NCBI GenBank assembly: GCA_965112155.1
Contig: OZ218113.1
DNA: 64,000 nt
Source: Podarcis liolepis
Lineage: Eukaryota
Direction: 5' to 3' (one strand)
Under the pieces are notes generated by a model. The model ran no database searches, was not told the DNA's origin, and saw nothing but the letters and a program-made list of their open reading frames with translations. A program made the position numbers and the translations under genes. This document shows, piece after piece, positions 11,601 to 23,278 of the stretch. Position 1 is the stretch's first letter; the number at the start of each line of letters is the position of its first letter.

Positions 11601-14600
11601 GGCAGCCAAGGAGCGCATCCGCCAGTACCTACAGGCCCTGCAGAGCTTCTACCTGGACTGCTTGACAGACGTGCGCCAGTCCTTGGCCGCCCCTCGGCTC
11701 ATGGGGAAGGACAGCCCCAACCTGGCAGAGCTGCTGGGCACCATCTCAGCCTCCATCCTCAACCAGATCAAGTCTGTGCTCACCTACGTCCACCTCTTCA
11801 CTGCCAAGGACATCACTTTCTCTAACAAGCCTTATTTCAAGGTAAGGGTAGAGAGAAAGAGGTTTTGTTAGACTTTTCAGAGAGAAAGTTGCTTGCTGGA
11901 GCCTGGAGACTTGATACATCACAAGAAATAAAAATGTGCATATGTAGAATTGCATAAGGTAACCCATGGCGACACAAATTGTATGAGAGCCAAACCCTCT
12001 GTAGGCTTCACGACAAGAACCTTCCACTGCCACCAGAAACCACATAAGAAACTCCTCCTTGGGTCCTGCTTTTGTAGGATGGACCTCTCTGATTGTGGGA
12101 GAAGCACCCCAGGATATCTCCCTTCCAGGGGTTAAGGCAGAGCTGGGTGTATTCAGCCTCTTTATTTTACATTTTGGGATATGCAGCTGCCAGCCTGAAG
12201 CCTCTGCCTGCTTCACGTTGGGGCCCCATAGCTGCTAGTCCTCATGAATCCCTTCTCATTATGCCCCTCAGCCACTTGCATCTCTGAAAGATCCCTGCAT
12301 TGCTGGGAGTTGGACTAATGACCTTTGGGGTCCCTTCCAGCCATACAATTCTATGAAATGTCTGAAATGAGGTAAGGGCTCCTTAACCCTTCTTCCCCAA
12401 TGTGAACAGCTGTAGTGGCTACCTGACAGTTCAGCGGCTGGTGGCCCCGTACTTGAACTGCCCCACATAGCTCCAGTCCTGCTATGTGATTTCTCTCTTA
12501 AGAAAAGCAAAGGCTCAAAGCTTTCTCACCGCCTATGAGCAATGGACTTTGCCAACATCCTCCACTTCAGGCATCCCTCCCGTTTGTCAGTGTCTTGGCT
12601 GACCCAGTGAGTCGTTGAGGGACCCGAGGGCTGAACTCAGGCAGAGCCTCCGTCCCTGTTCTTGCCAGAAAAGGAAGGGTTAAAGAGCCCCTTGGTTCCA
12701 CCAACTCCCTGCAGTGCTGGCCCTGGAATCAAACTGTGGCTCATGTCAAGGCTGGGTGGCTGAGACTTTTTGCTGCAATGCCTCTAACTTTCCCCTGTGC
12801 CTCTCCTTGCTTTTTCCTAGGGGGAATTCTGCAGCCAGGGTGTCCGCGAAGGCCTCATTGTCAGCTTCATCAAGTCCATCTGCCAGACAGCCCGGCAGTT
12901 CTGTGAGAGCACGGGCGACAAGGGGGGCTCCACGCCCCCCACCCTGCTGCTACTCCTCTCCCGCCTCTGCCTGGACTACGAGACCTCCACCATCAGCTAC
13001 ATCCTCACCTTGACAGATGAACAGTTTCTGGTGCAGGTGTGTCACACGTGGGAAGAGAGGATGCTGGGAGTCATTTCAGGCTTGGGAGACTTAAATGGCC
13101 AGGGTGGGGGGCAGAAGGGGGCTGTGTTTCCTTTCCTCTGCTCAGAACCGAGTTCACTGAGATCTGAATAAGGCCTCAGCTGTGCCATTATTCCACACAA
13201 CTATGAAACAAACATAGGGCTTTGTTCCCTCTTTATATATACAAAGAAGCACATTTTAGACCTGCCAGTTTTCTTTTAGAAGCCAACTACCAAACAAGAA
13301 GGGGGGGGGAAGCATTACGCAAGCTCCGTAAACAGGTCTTTTAAAAAAACATTTATAACATAATATATAACGAAATAGCAGAAGCCAGAACTGTACATAC
13401 TGTCCCATTTGCATCATCTGTGTGTGTGTGTAGCAAAGCTCACTGGTTTCCTTATTGCAGAATAAAGATTGCAGTATGTGTGACTCATGGAACTTTCTCA
13501 GCCAGGGGGCAGCCCCAAAGGAGAAATCCTGGCTAGCTTGCTTCTGGCTTTTGGAAGGGTCCTTCCCTGTTGAGTATGTTGCTTGGTGTATTCAGGTGTG
13601 GGGTGGAGGTGGGGTTCCCCCCCCCCCATATCACAGGGCCAGAGTCTCTTTCAAGGGAATTAATCCTATGCAGAGTAAATACTATTTATTAGAAATGCAT
13701 TAGAATTGGATTTTGTCACTTTGGAAGAAGCTTGAAATGTAAGTATTGTGACCCCTGCATTCCACATGCGTTGGGTTGGCTGAGAATGAAATGTGTAAAC
13801 TCCATTTCTGGCACTGGTCCTCAGTGCCGCTTCTTTGATGACTGTGTCAATTAGCTTTCCAGTCACTCCTCAGTCTTTCGGTCACTGCATAGGGCGCACC
13901 TGCTGCTTCCCCACCACCCCAGGAAACCCCTACATTTCTTGCCTCCCATAAAACATATACCGTATTTCATTTCTCCAGATGCGGTTCAGAAAGATGTAAA
14001 TCTCAAACCATTCAGAAACCAGCAAAGCCTATCCAAATATAGCCTGTTTAGTATTGGTATGGTGTAGCAGTTAACAGCGCGAGCTTTGAGCCAGGAAGTC
14101 CCTGGTTCAAATCCTGCCTCTGCTGGGAGCCTGTTGGATGACATTGGGCAAGCCAGTCCCTCTCAGCCTTTCCCACCCTCCACCTCCAGTTTTGTTCTTA
14201 GCGGACTGGCCTGCCTTGTGGCGAGGCCTCTTTACGTATCTAAAAGCTTTGAGTTTTCCAGAGCCCCACATTAAGCTACCAAGTGTGCCACCCTTTTCAT
14301 CCTCCTCCTGCTCTGCCTTGTCTCTGGACCAGGACCACTCTCCCGTCACCCCTGTCACTGGCTTGTGTGCTGAAGCTCGGGAAGCCGCCCAGAAGCTGCT
14401 GAACCACTATGTGAAGGTGCAAGGCCTGGTCATCTCTCAGATGCTGCGCAAAAGCGTCGAGACGCGGGATTGGATCACCACCATTGAACCACGCAATGTC
14501 CGTGCCGTCATGAAGCGTGTGGTGGAGGATGCCACCTCCATTGATGTTCAAGTGAGTGGAGGGGGGGGGAGGGATTTCAGAAAACCACCCGGTTCCAGCT

Positions 14601-17441
14601 TCTTACCTTGCCTGTAAATGGAAAGAGAGGGCACCATATGAGGAAGAGGGGGTTGGAATTTGGGGGTTTGTTCCATTTTATCTATTTGTTTATTTATAAT
14701 GATACCTTGAAAATATCAGTTTCCAATGTATACGGAAAGCCCATTAAAATTTTAAATCGGCTAATCGCCAGGGAAAAATGTATACTTAACAGGTTACGTA
14801 GGTTTGGCAGAATAGAAAAGTTCTCAGCAAGCGTTGGCACAGAAGGCATCGGCTGAATCTCTAGTGGTGGAGCGTTCCACAGGACTGGGCCAATGACACC
14901 GAAGGCTCTTTTTTTTGTTGATGTCAAATGAGCCTCACCAACTCAGGGAACGACCAGCCATGCTCCTGTGGATGTTCTCAGTGATCGAGCTGAAATAGAA
15001 GAGCTTTGTCGGTCCCTGAGGCACCCTGGACCGAAGTTGTTCAGGGCTCTGTAAATTAATACAAATAGTAAGTGGGCAGCCAGTGCAGCTGTTTTGACAG
15101 TGGTGTCATATGCTGCTTGTTCCAGGGTAAGCGTGGGGTGCCAAGGGTCCTCACTTGAAAGAGAGTGAACCTGTGCAGAGGCTCCCTCTCCATTCGAGTA
15201 ACTGCCTCACACGTTAATCTCCCCACGCAGGTTGGGCTTCTCTATGAGGAAGGTGTGCGCAAAGCCCAGAGCAGTGACTCCAGCAAAAGAACTTTCTCCG
15301 TCTACAGCAGCTCCCGGCAGCAGAGCCGCTACGCGCCAAGTTACACGCCCAGGTGAGCTGGGGAGGCAGGACAGGGAGTTTAAATCATCCCTAAGTCTTA
15401 AAGGAGCAGGCGGGGCACTGTGTGTATGTAATGCAACCTTGCAAATTGGCCCCTAAGAGTTTCGCATGGTTATTGTGTGCCACATCAAAGACCAAAAGAA
15501 CACCAAAGTGGATCTATCAGCTTCCCAGCTTGGGCTGCAGTCCTAATACCTGTTGATGACGTGGCCCAGCCAGCGCTGCAAACCCATCCCTGCTGCTTGC
15601 ACTGGCCAGGATGAAGCAGGGTGGGATGGAGGAAAGACTGGCCCTCCTCCCTTGTCTGTGCCAAGGCTGGTGCCACGAAGAGGCCCATATCAGGCTCGCA
15701 GCTGTCCCCTGATGGCAGTAGGGATGGCCCAGGATCCAGCAGACTCAGATTCACCCAACTTGCAGAAGGGTTCCTGCTGGCTCCTGTCCACTGGGTGGGT
15801 ATGTTGGTGTGATGCTTCCCTTCTGATGGCAGAGCTCTCTCCCCACAGCTGAGGCTGGTGGAACTCTGCAGGCCTGGGCAGAAGGAAAGAGATGTCCATC
15901 CAAACCTCTCTCCAGCAAGGCAGCTCAGGGGCTGGGGGATAGTGTGCTAGTCTCCTGGGCATGGCCCTTAGCCCCGCAAGCAGTCAGCCACTCTGTGTGA
16001 GCCTCATCTCTTCTCTTCTCTCCCCAAGCGCTCCCATGGATACCAACCTGCTGAGCAATATCCAGAAGCTTTTCTCTGAGCGCATCGACATCTTCAGCCC
16101 TGCGGAGTTCAACAAGGTGAGGAGCCTGCAGTGGTGTGCTCTGTTGTGCTTCCTCCAGCCAAAGCACATGAGGTTGGTGGCCTCTCTACAGGGGTGCCTG
16201 GATCTGCCTCTTGGGGAGATGTGCATGCACCCCACAGGGAGAGAGGAGCCATTGCCCTTGCCAACAGATGATGGGAGTGATCTCTAGAAAGGGTAGCAGG
16301 TTCCTTTTCTTGAGTTATTGCTAGATATATATGTATATATCTTTCACTAGGGCTGCAGTTGCAGCCTGAACCTCATTTGATTACACCACTCAGATCAGGA
16401 GAGAACCGTAATTTTCAGAATATGTAGGGGAGGCGTCCGTTTGGGTTCTCCCTCTCAGTGTTAAAGGCTAATAGTTCATGGAGCTCCAATCTGCTTCTCC
16501 CCTCCCAAAATGCCTGATTCTCAGCAGAGCCCAGAATCAGAGCTTGTGGTCATCTTGGCACCTTTGCTGAATGAATCACCCGCCCTCTTTCAGTTTCTGA
16601 GCACCGTTTGGCTGCCACCAGGACAGAGGTGAATCAAGCCTTTATTAAGAAGCTTGTGATGAACATCCATGATGAAGGTCCTTAGTAAGACCTGGCCAGG
16701 ATGGATGGTTAAGCTTGGCTGGTAAGAGCAGCCACATAAGTGCCTTTACTGTTGGGTCTTAGGCGTCCCCCTCTCTATTAGTTTTTTCTGTTTGTAATCA
16801 TCAAAATTGACACAGCAATGTGTGATTGGGGCAGGAGGGCGAAGCCACAGGCAGCGGCATTTGCCTGTTTTGTTGTCACTCCTAGGCCAGGTAGGTTGCA
16901 GAACATTACCAATAAAGCAAGTGCAATTTAAATGAAAATCATAGAATAAAAAACACAAAATGGCCATGCAAGAGGAAGGGAGGCACCCATTGACTTAACC
17001 AGAGGCCTGGCTGAAGAGAGGCAGAGTGAGCAGTTGTCCGAAACCATACAATGATTTCAGTGAGTACCTCCGAGGGAAAGTATCAGGAAAACATCCATTT
17101 GGGGGGCGGGGTGGGCAGATTTTTGGATCTTCACTCAGCTGTCCATTTTTTCATCCTCTTCATCCTCTTCTTACACTCAGGTCTCTGTGCTTACCGGCAT
17201 CATCAAGATCAGCCTGAAGACGTTCCTGGAGTGTGTCCGCCTGCGAACTTTTGGCCGCTTTGGCCTGCAGCAGATCCAGGTGGACTGTTACTACCTGCAA
17301 CTCTATCTGTGGCGCTTTGTCTCTGATGAGAACCTGGTGCACTTCCTGCTGGATGAGATTGTGGGCAGCACAGCCCACCGCTGCCTTGACCCCGTGCCCA
17401 TGGAGCAGAGTGTCATTGAGGTCATCTGTGAGCGCGGCTAG
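8288..17441 (+). CDS. VPS51: VPS51 subunit of GARP/EARP, 779 aa; exons 8288-8479, 9509-9638, 9917-10063, 10327-10546, 11097-11841, 12821-13036, 14333-14551, 15231-15352, 16029-16116, 17181-17441
   Basis: Recognisable motifs [63 protein letters not shown] and IEVICERG*. Ten GT-AG exons sum to 2340 nt in frame. AATAAA at 17571-17576. Confidence 0.97.
14830..15120 (-). mobile_element. L2-type LINE 3' fragment in VPS51 intron 7
   Basis: The minus-strand peptide [19 protein letters not shown] resembles the L2 RT C-terminus (RAFSvxgPxLWNxLP). Boundaries are approximate. Confidence 0.6.
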
Positions 17442-17982
17442 GGCACGAGGAGAGGGCTGGACCGGGGGGAAGGGCAGCTATGTGTCTGCACTCTTGTTCC
17501 CTGCCATGTAGGGGGAGAACGGGAATGTCTGGCAGGTGAGACCTCAAAATATGTCAATGTGGTTGTGATAAATAAAGAATAACTTAAACCGTATTCACTG
17601 GTGAAGGCTATTTTGTTTCCGCAGCAGCCAGGAAACTGTAGCTCTGGATAAAATTAAACCGTGTCAGTTGCTCCTTTTTGCATGATTTCATGAGAGCATG
17701 AGAAAAGTCCTGCAGCAGCAGCTGGGACAGGCCAAAGGCTCATCCAGTCCAGCATCCTGTCTCTGTGGCCAACCAGATTTGTTCATTTGTTCATATTGTT
17801 ATTCCATTTATATCCCACTTCCTCCTTCCAAGGAGCTCAAGGTGGCATGCATGTGTCTCTCCCTTCCTCTGGACTTTGACCAAACTAAGCCTCCTAGAAC
17901 AAAATATACATCAGAAGACTTAGTTTGGTCAGAAGCAGGTATACACTTCCAGAGTTAATACAGTGGTACCTCGGGTTAAGAC

Positions 17983-18589
17983 CATAGCTGTCAAGTGTCC
18001 CTTATTTGAAGGGACAGTCCCTTATTCCAGGGCCATGCCCCGCTGCTGTCCCTTATTGATGGATGTCCCTTAAATGTCCCTTAAATGATGTCCCTTAAAT
18101 TTCAAAGGAAGCAGCTCCTCTCCCTCCCTCCCTGCCGGCCAGGGAGGAGTGAGGCGCCAACTGTGTTGCTTGGCTGTGTTGCTCACCCAATAAGAAGTCT
18201 AAGAATGACTGGGAGGTGGAGCTTGCATGCCTTGTGTGTGGCTAGTTAATGCAAGCTGAGGGGTTTTTTGAATGCTGGACGCCATTTTGTTGCACGTGCT
18301 GCTGCAAACTTTGCAGTGCAAAGCCAGGCCAGGGAGACATGTTAAGTTGAGGCTGCATAGGCCTTGTGGTGCATGTGATTCAGATTCTATTCAGTTGAAC
18401 CTCTGGTTACAAAGTTGGTTGGACAGTGTTCTCGAAGCTACCCAGCATGAGTTTGACCAGACTGCAGGAGGACAGGAAGACTGGAGTGCCTGGAACAGGT
18501 GAGGCTGCAGGTCCCTTATTTTGGCGGCTGGTCCCTTATTTTCAAGGCTGCTGGTCCCTTATTTTCAAATCTGTAAGTTGACAGCTATG
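17983..18589. mobile_element. Non-autonomous hAT element
   Basis: TIRs CATAGCTGTCAA / TTGACAGCTATG, a perfect 8-bp TSD GTTAAGAC (17975-17982 and 18590-18597), and repeated subterminal TCCCTTA motifs. Confidence 0.85.
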
Positions 18590-18593
18590 GTTA

Positions 18594-18790
18594 AGACCCT
18601 GATGCTGGGAAAGATTGAGGGCACAAGGAGAAGGGGACGACAGAGGATGAGATGGTTGGACACTGTTCTCGAAGCTACAAACATGAGTCTGACCAAATTG
18701 CGGGAGGCAGTGGAAGACAGGAGTGCCTGGCATGCTCTGGTCTACGGGGTCACGAAGAATCGGACACGACTAAACGACTAAACAACAACA
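18594..18790 (+). mobile_element. 5'-truncated BovB (RTE) LINE 3' end
   Basis: Encodes KTLMLGKIEGTRRRGRQRMRWLD...GVTKNRTRLND, followed by a (CAA)n tail. An 11-bp TSD ACCTCGGGTTA lies at 17968-17978 and 18791-18801. Confidence 0.9.
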
Positions 18791-19559
18791 ACCTCGGGTT
18801 ACATACGCTTCAGGTTACATACGCTTTAGGTTACAGACTCCGCTAATCCAGAAATAGTACCTCGGTTTAAGAACTTTGTTTCAGGATGAGAACAGAAATC
18901 GTGCTCTGGTGGCACGGCGGCAGCAGGAGGCCCCATTAGCTAAAGTGGTGCTTCAGGTTAAGAACAGTTTCAGGTTAAGAACAGACCTCCGGAACGAATT
19001 AAGTACTTAACCCGAGGTACCACTGTATTGTATCTGGTAAATGAGCCACCATATCCACTAGAGGGCTGTGAAAATTTGCGTCCCAGGCTTTTTAGACTTG
19101 TCTACCCATGTACTAACTGAAACCCAAGGGGCAAATGGGTTGCCAGATGTGAAATATATTGGCAATATTTTCGGCTCTCCTATACCACTGCTTCTCCAAA
19201 CTGCTGAACTCAGTTCTGGGCTGAGTTCAGGGATTTCATACAGAGGACTACAGTCCTACATTACATGCATGTGACATGCACAAGCTGAAAGGGACACGCA
19301 ACATTGAAAGCTTAGGCCCTTCATTTCCCCCCTTCTTGAAACATGTCGCTCTCCCTGCCTTGCAAATGCAACTGTGAATAATTTTTTTAACCATCCCTTC
19401 TCATAAAGTTGGTAGGGAAATGGGCAGCTGAGTGAAATTGCTTTCGGGGGCGTATGTGAAAGTTCACCACTCTGGCCTAAAATGCAAGATGACAAAACTA
19501 CAAATGGAAATGATTCGCTGCTCTGGAGAGGACATTCCAGCAGGGCGACAAGGTACCTT

Positions 19560-19860
19560 GCCTGAAATTTCCACTTTCACCCAATGATACAAAGTGCAGG
19601 AAGCCTGCCTGTAGTTTTTCTTGGGTAGACTTGGTTTTAGCAATCTTTAAGGATCTGTGCACCTAGGAAATGTTGTGCATGAGCTAGCATGGCGGCGGGC
19701 GGCGGCGGGGGGTGGGAACAGTAATATCTGCTGAAGGGCCCTCAGGGAATTTCCCCAGTATTTCCCCATTATGCATCTTTCCAAATCACATTTGAGTCAA
19801 CACAGGCTGTTGACGTGGGGCCCAGAAAGGGAACTGCTCGGGTGGTGTTTATATGGGGCA
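19560..19860 (+). promoter_or_regulatory. Candidate inducible promoter of the soluble TLR5-like gene
   Basis: NF-kB consensus GGGAATTTCC 19745-19754, kB-like TGAAATTTCC 19563-19572, AP-1 TGAGTCA 19793-19799, CRE-like TGACGT 19811-19816 and TATA-like TTTATAT 19848-19854, about 85 nt before the ATG at 19938. Confidence 0.65.
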
Positions 19861-19937
19861 AGGACTGTGCCAACCCATAAGCAGCAGCAGCAGAGAGAGA
19901 GAGAGAGAGAGTCCCATTTTGCACCAGCTTCAACACC

Positions 19938-22900
19938 ATGCCGAGGTTTCACCAAAGTCGCCCACTTTGGAGGGCTCCAAAAGGTGAGTGACAGAAGATA
20001 AAGTGGGGTTTGAGTCCCTCAATATGACCGGTCCTCTTTCTAGAAATTCAATAATTCTCCCCTGCCAGGTGAGTCATCAACCTTCAGGTTAGTGAAGAGC
20101 TTTAAGATGGTGAAGGCCCATTACTCCGTGGCATAGGTTGGATGCAAATGTTTTTTTCACACTGGTCCTGAAAGACCTACATTGGCTCCCAGTACATTTC
20201 CGAGCACAATTCGAAGTGTTGGTGCTGACCTTTAAAGCCCTAAACTGCTTCGGCCCAGTATACCTGAAGAAGCGTCTCCATCCCCATTGTTCAGCCCAGA
20301 CACTGAGGTCCAGCTTGGAGGGTTTTCTGGTGGCCTTCTGGCAAGAAGTGAAGTTAGAGGGAACCAGACAGAGGGCCTTTTCAGTGGTGGTGCCCACCCT
20401 GTGGAAAGCCCTCCCATCAGATGTCAAGGAAATAAACAACTATCTGATTTTTATAAGACATCTGAAGGCCACCCTATATAAGGACTTTTTTAAGGTGGCT
20501 TCCATCATATATAAAAATATAATAAAACCTTAAACCTTAAAAAAGTCCTTATACCCAGTCAGATGGGTGGGGTACAATTATTATTATTATTATTGCTGTT
20601 GTTGTTATTGTTATTGTTACTACTCACAAGGCCAACAACTTGAACTGCAGACATCAGCAGATGGCCATGACTTATCTCTTTACTGTGTGGGAGGAGGGAA
20701 GCTTTATTGCAGTTTTCTGCACATCAAGAGGGTGTTAAAAGGTGGTTAAAAGATGGTCTGTCCTTTTGCTGGTCAGTCTGCAACTCTATTGCTAGATCCC
20801 GTGCTTTGCGTGCCCAAGATTCTTCAGTTTGGGATATTGTGTAGCCAGTTTGGTGCAGTGGCTGTTGGGCTAGTGTCTGTGAGTCCAGGGTTCAAATCCC
20901 CACTCAGCCATGGAGCTCATTTGGTGATCTTGGGCCACTTGGGGTGTTGCAGGGAAGAAATGAGAAAGGGGAGAACCATGATTGCTGCCTTGAGCTCCTT
21001 AAGAGGAAAGGCAGAATATACCCGAAATTATAAAATCCTCACATTTCCAGTTAAAGGGTTCTTGGACAAGCAATGCTGGGAGCGGCCTCAGCACAGGAAC
21101 ACCCTGAAGAGCTCTTCCTGCTGCCCATCAAATGAGACAATATTGGACCAGTTTGTGTGTTTGTTACAGAGGTGGCATTTAAACCTGGGACTATCAGCAG
21201 CCAAATTATGCCATCTCTCTGATCAGTCAACTGTCAAAGCTTCTTCTTGCCCCATTAAACTTGAGGAAAGTTAGTTTTACAGGACAAGCTGTGCTAGGAA
21301 AATGAACAGGGAACTAACAAATGTCCCCTTTCTCCTCTCTTAATTGCCAGCTCCTTTTAGTAGGATCATCTTCTTGCTGGTTTTGGGGTACACTGTTGAC
21401 AGCCATCCCCGCTGCTACCATACCCAAGTGAATTCTCTGCTGGTGGCCAATTGCCAAGCTCAAGGACACAAGGAAGTCCCTGAAATGGACAGCTCCCTTC
21501 AGGTCCTCTTGCTGAACTTCAACTTCTTATCCACCATCTCGGATTCCTCCTTCTCCCAAATGCCGTCCCTGAGGATGCTGTCTCTTGGGAAGCAACTGGG
21601 AGGATCCCTCTATGTCGGAGAAAGGGCGTTTCAGAATGTGCCCAGTGTCAGGATCTTGGATCTTGGCGGCAACAAGAACTTGACCTTGCACCCAGCTGCT
21701 TTCCATGGCCTCACCCAGCTTGAGGTGTTGCTCTTGGATTTCAATGGTTTTGACGAAAAAGTACTGGAAAGAGGTTATTTCCAGGATTTGGTATCGCTGA
21801 AGAGGCTGGATCTTTCCGGAAACCGCATCCATAGGCTGAGGCCTGATCCAACTTTCCAGGGCCTGAGGAAGCTGAGCGTCCTTCAGCTGAAGCTCAACCA
21901 AATTGGGGAGATCTGTGGGGAAGACCTACAGCACCTCAGGGGGCACCATTTGGCCTTGCTTGACCTCTCATCCAACCGACTGCTTAATCCCAATGCCTGC
22001 ACCAACCCTTTCTTCAGCATCGTGCTGGGAACTCTGGACGTCTCTTCGAACTCATGGAACGCGATGGAAGCTCAGAAGTTCTTCACACGACTAAATGGCA
22101 CTCGAATCCATAACCTCAAGATGCAGCACTCAGCCGCCCTCGGCAGCGGGTTTGGTTTCCGTAACCTCAAGGGCATCTCGCCTAGCACCTTTCTTGGCCT
22201 CCGTGGCAGCAGAGTTTACTCCTTCGACATGTCCAATGGCTTCCTCAGAGAATTGGGCCCATCTGTCTTCTCGGGGCTCCCAGACCTTAACATCCTGCTG
22301 TTGAGATCCAACCAGATTACTGAGATCAATGATGGGGCCTTTTCTGGGCTGAGCCAATTGCGTATTCTCGACCTGTCCCACAATCTGCTTGGGGAGCTGT
22401 ACACAGAAGCCCTGCGACCCCTGAGGTCATCCCCACTCCAGCACCTCATCCTGAAGTCCAACCACCTTGGGATTGTTCAACACGATGCTCTGGTGGGGCT
22501 GAACTCCTTGCAAACCCTTGACCTCCGGGACAATGCTCTGGTGAGAGTCCCGGTAGGGAAACTCCCATCCCTTCTGCGCCTGATGCTGGGGCAAAACAGG
22601 ATTGGGGATGCCTGGGGTCTTGAACGTCTTAGCAGCAACCTGACCCACCTTGACTTCTCCTCCAACCGCCTGAGTGACTTAGGGAGTCTCTGGGGTCAGC
22701 TAGGGAAAACCCCCACCTTGCGTTTCCTGAATCTCTCAGGCAATCAGCTGGCAAAGTGCTTCAGGGCTGAGAGAGGCCCCAGGCAGCTCAGAGAACTAGA
22801 TATTTCCCATAACGACCTGGGAAACATCTGGAAAACAGAGAACTGTGTGGACATCTTCCAGCATTTGGAGAACCTTAGAGTCCTGAATCTCAGCTCCAAT

Positions 22901-23278
22901 GGCCTTCGGGTCCTTCCTGAGGGACTTTTCCAGGGTCTGGTGTCTCTCCAGACTCTGAATCTCTCTGACAACCTCCTGCCCATCATTCCTGAGGAGGCAT
23001 TCCTCAGCTTGAAATCCTTGCGCAGCCTTAGCCTCCATGGGAACCCCATAGTGACCCTCTCCCACTCTACATTTCAGCCACTGGTGCAGCTGCAGTCATT
23101 GGACCTGAGCGAGTTGTCCTTGCTGTGCGACTGTGGGCTTTCTGACTTCCAGAGTCTGATGCAGGACAAAGACTCAAGGCTGAGTGGAGCTGTGGCCAAT
23201 CTCCTGTGCATTCAGACCAGCCCTGATTTCCTGCATCTCTCCTTGTCCTGGTTCCTCCAGAGCAAGTGTGCCCAATAA
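19938..23278 (+). CDS. Soluble (ectodomain-only) Toll-like receptor 5-like protein, 657 aa; exon 1 19938-19983, exon 2 21351-23278
   Basis: TLR5 signature LRRs: LLLNFNFL, AFQNVPSVRILDLG, LHPAAFHGL, GSGFGFRNLK, LDLSHNLLGELY and LQTLDLRDNAL. It has LRRNT cysteines and a complete 4-Cys LRRCT followed by a stop, with no TM or TIR. Exon 1 (ACCATG...AAAG/GTGAGT, phase 1) joins in frame to the acceptor CAG at 21348-21350. Exon 1 is less certain than exon 2. Confidence 0.88.
20160..20610 (+). mobile_element. L2-type LINE 3' end in the TLR5-like intron
   Basis: Encodes LKDLHWLPVHFRAQFEVLVLTFKALN..TLRSS..RAFSVVVPTLWKALP, followed by an (ATT)n-rich tail. Confidence 0.8.

Larger units (their letters stand above)
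17961..19025. mobile_element. Tc1/mariner-type MITE interrupted by BovB and hAT insertions
   Basis: TIRs CAGTGGTACCTCGGGTTA / TAACCCGAGGTACCACTG flanked by TA. The body matches the copies at 27044-27285 and 32684-32881. Confidence 0.85.
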
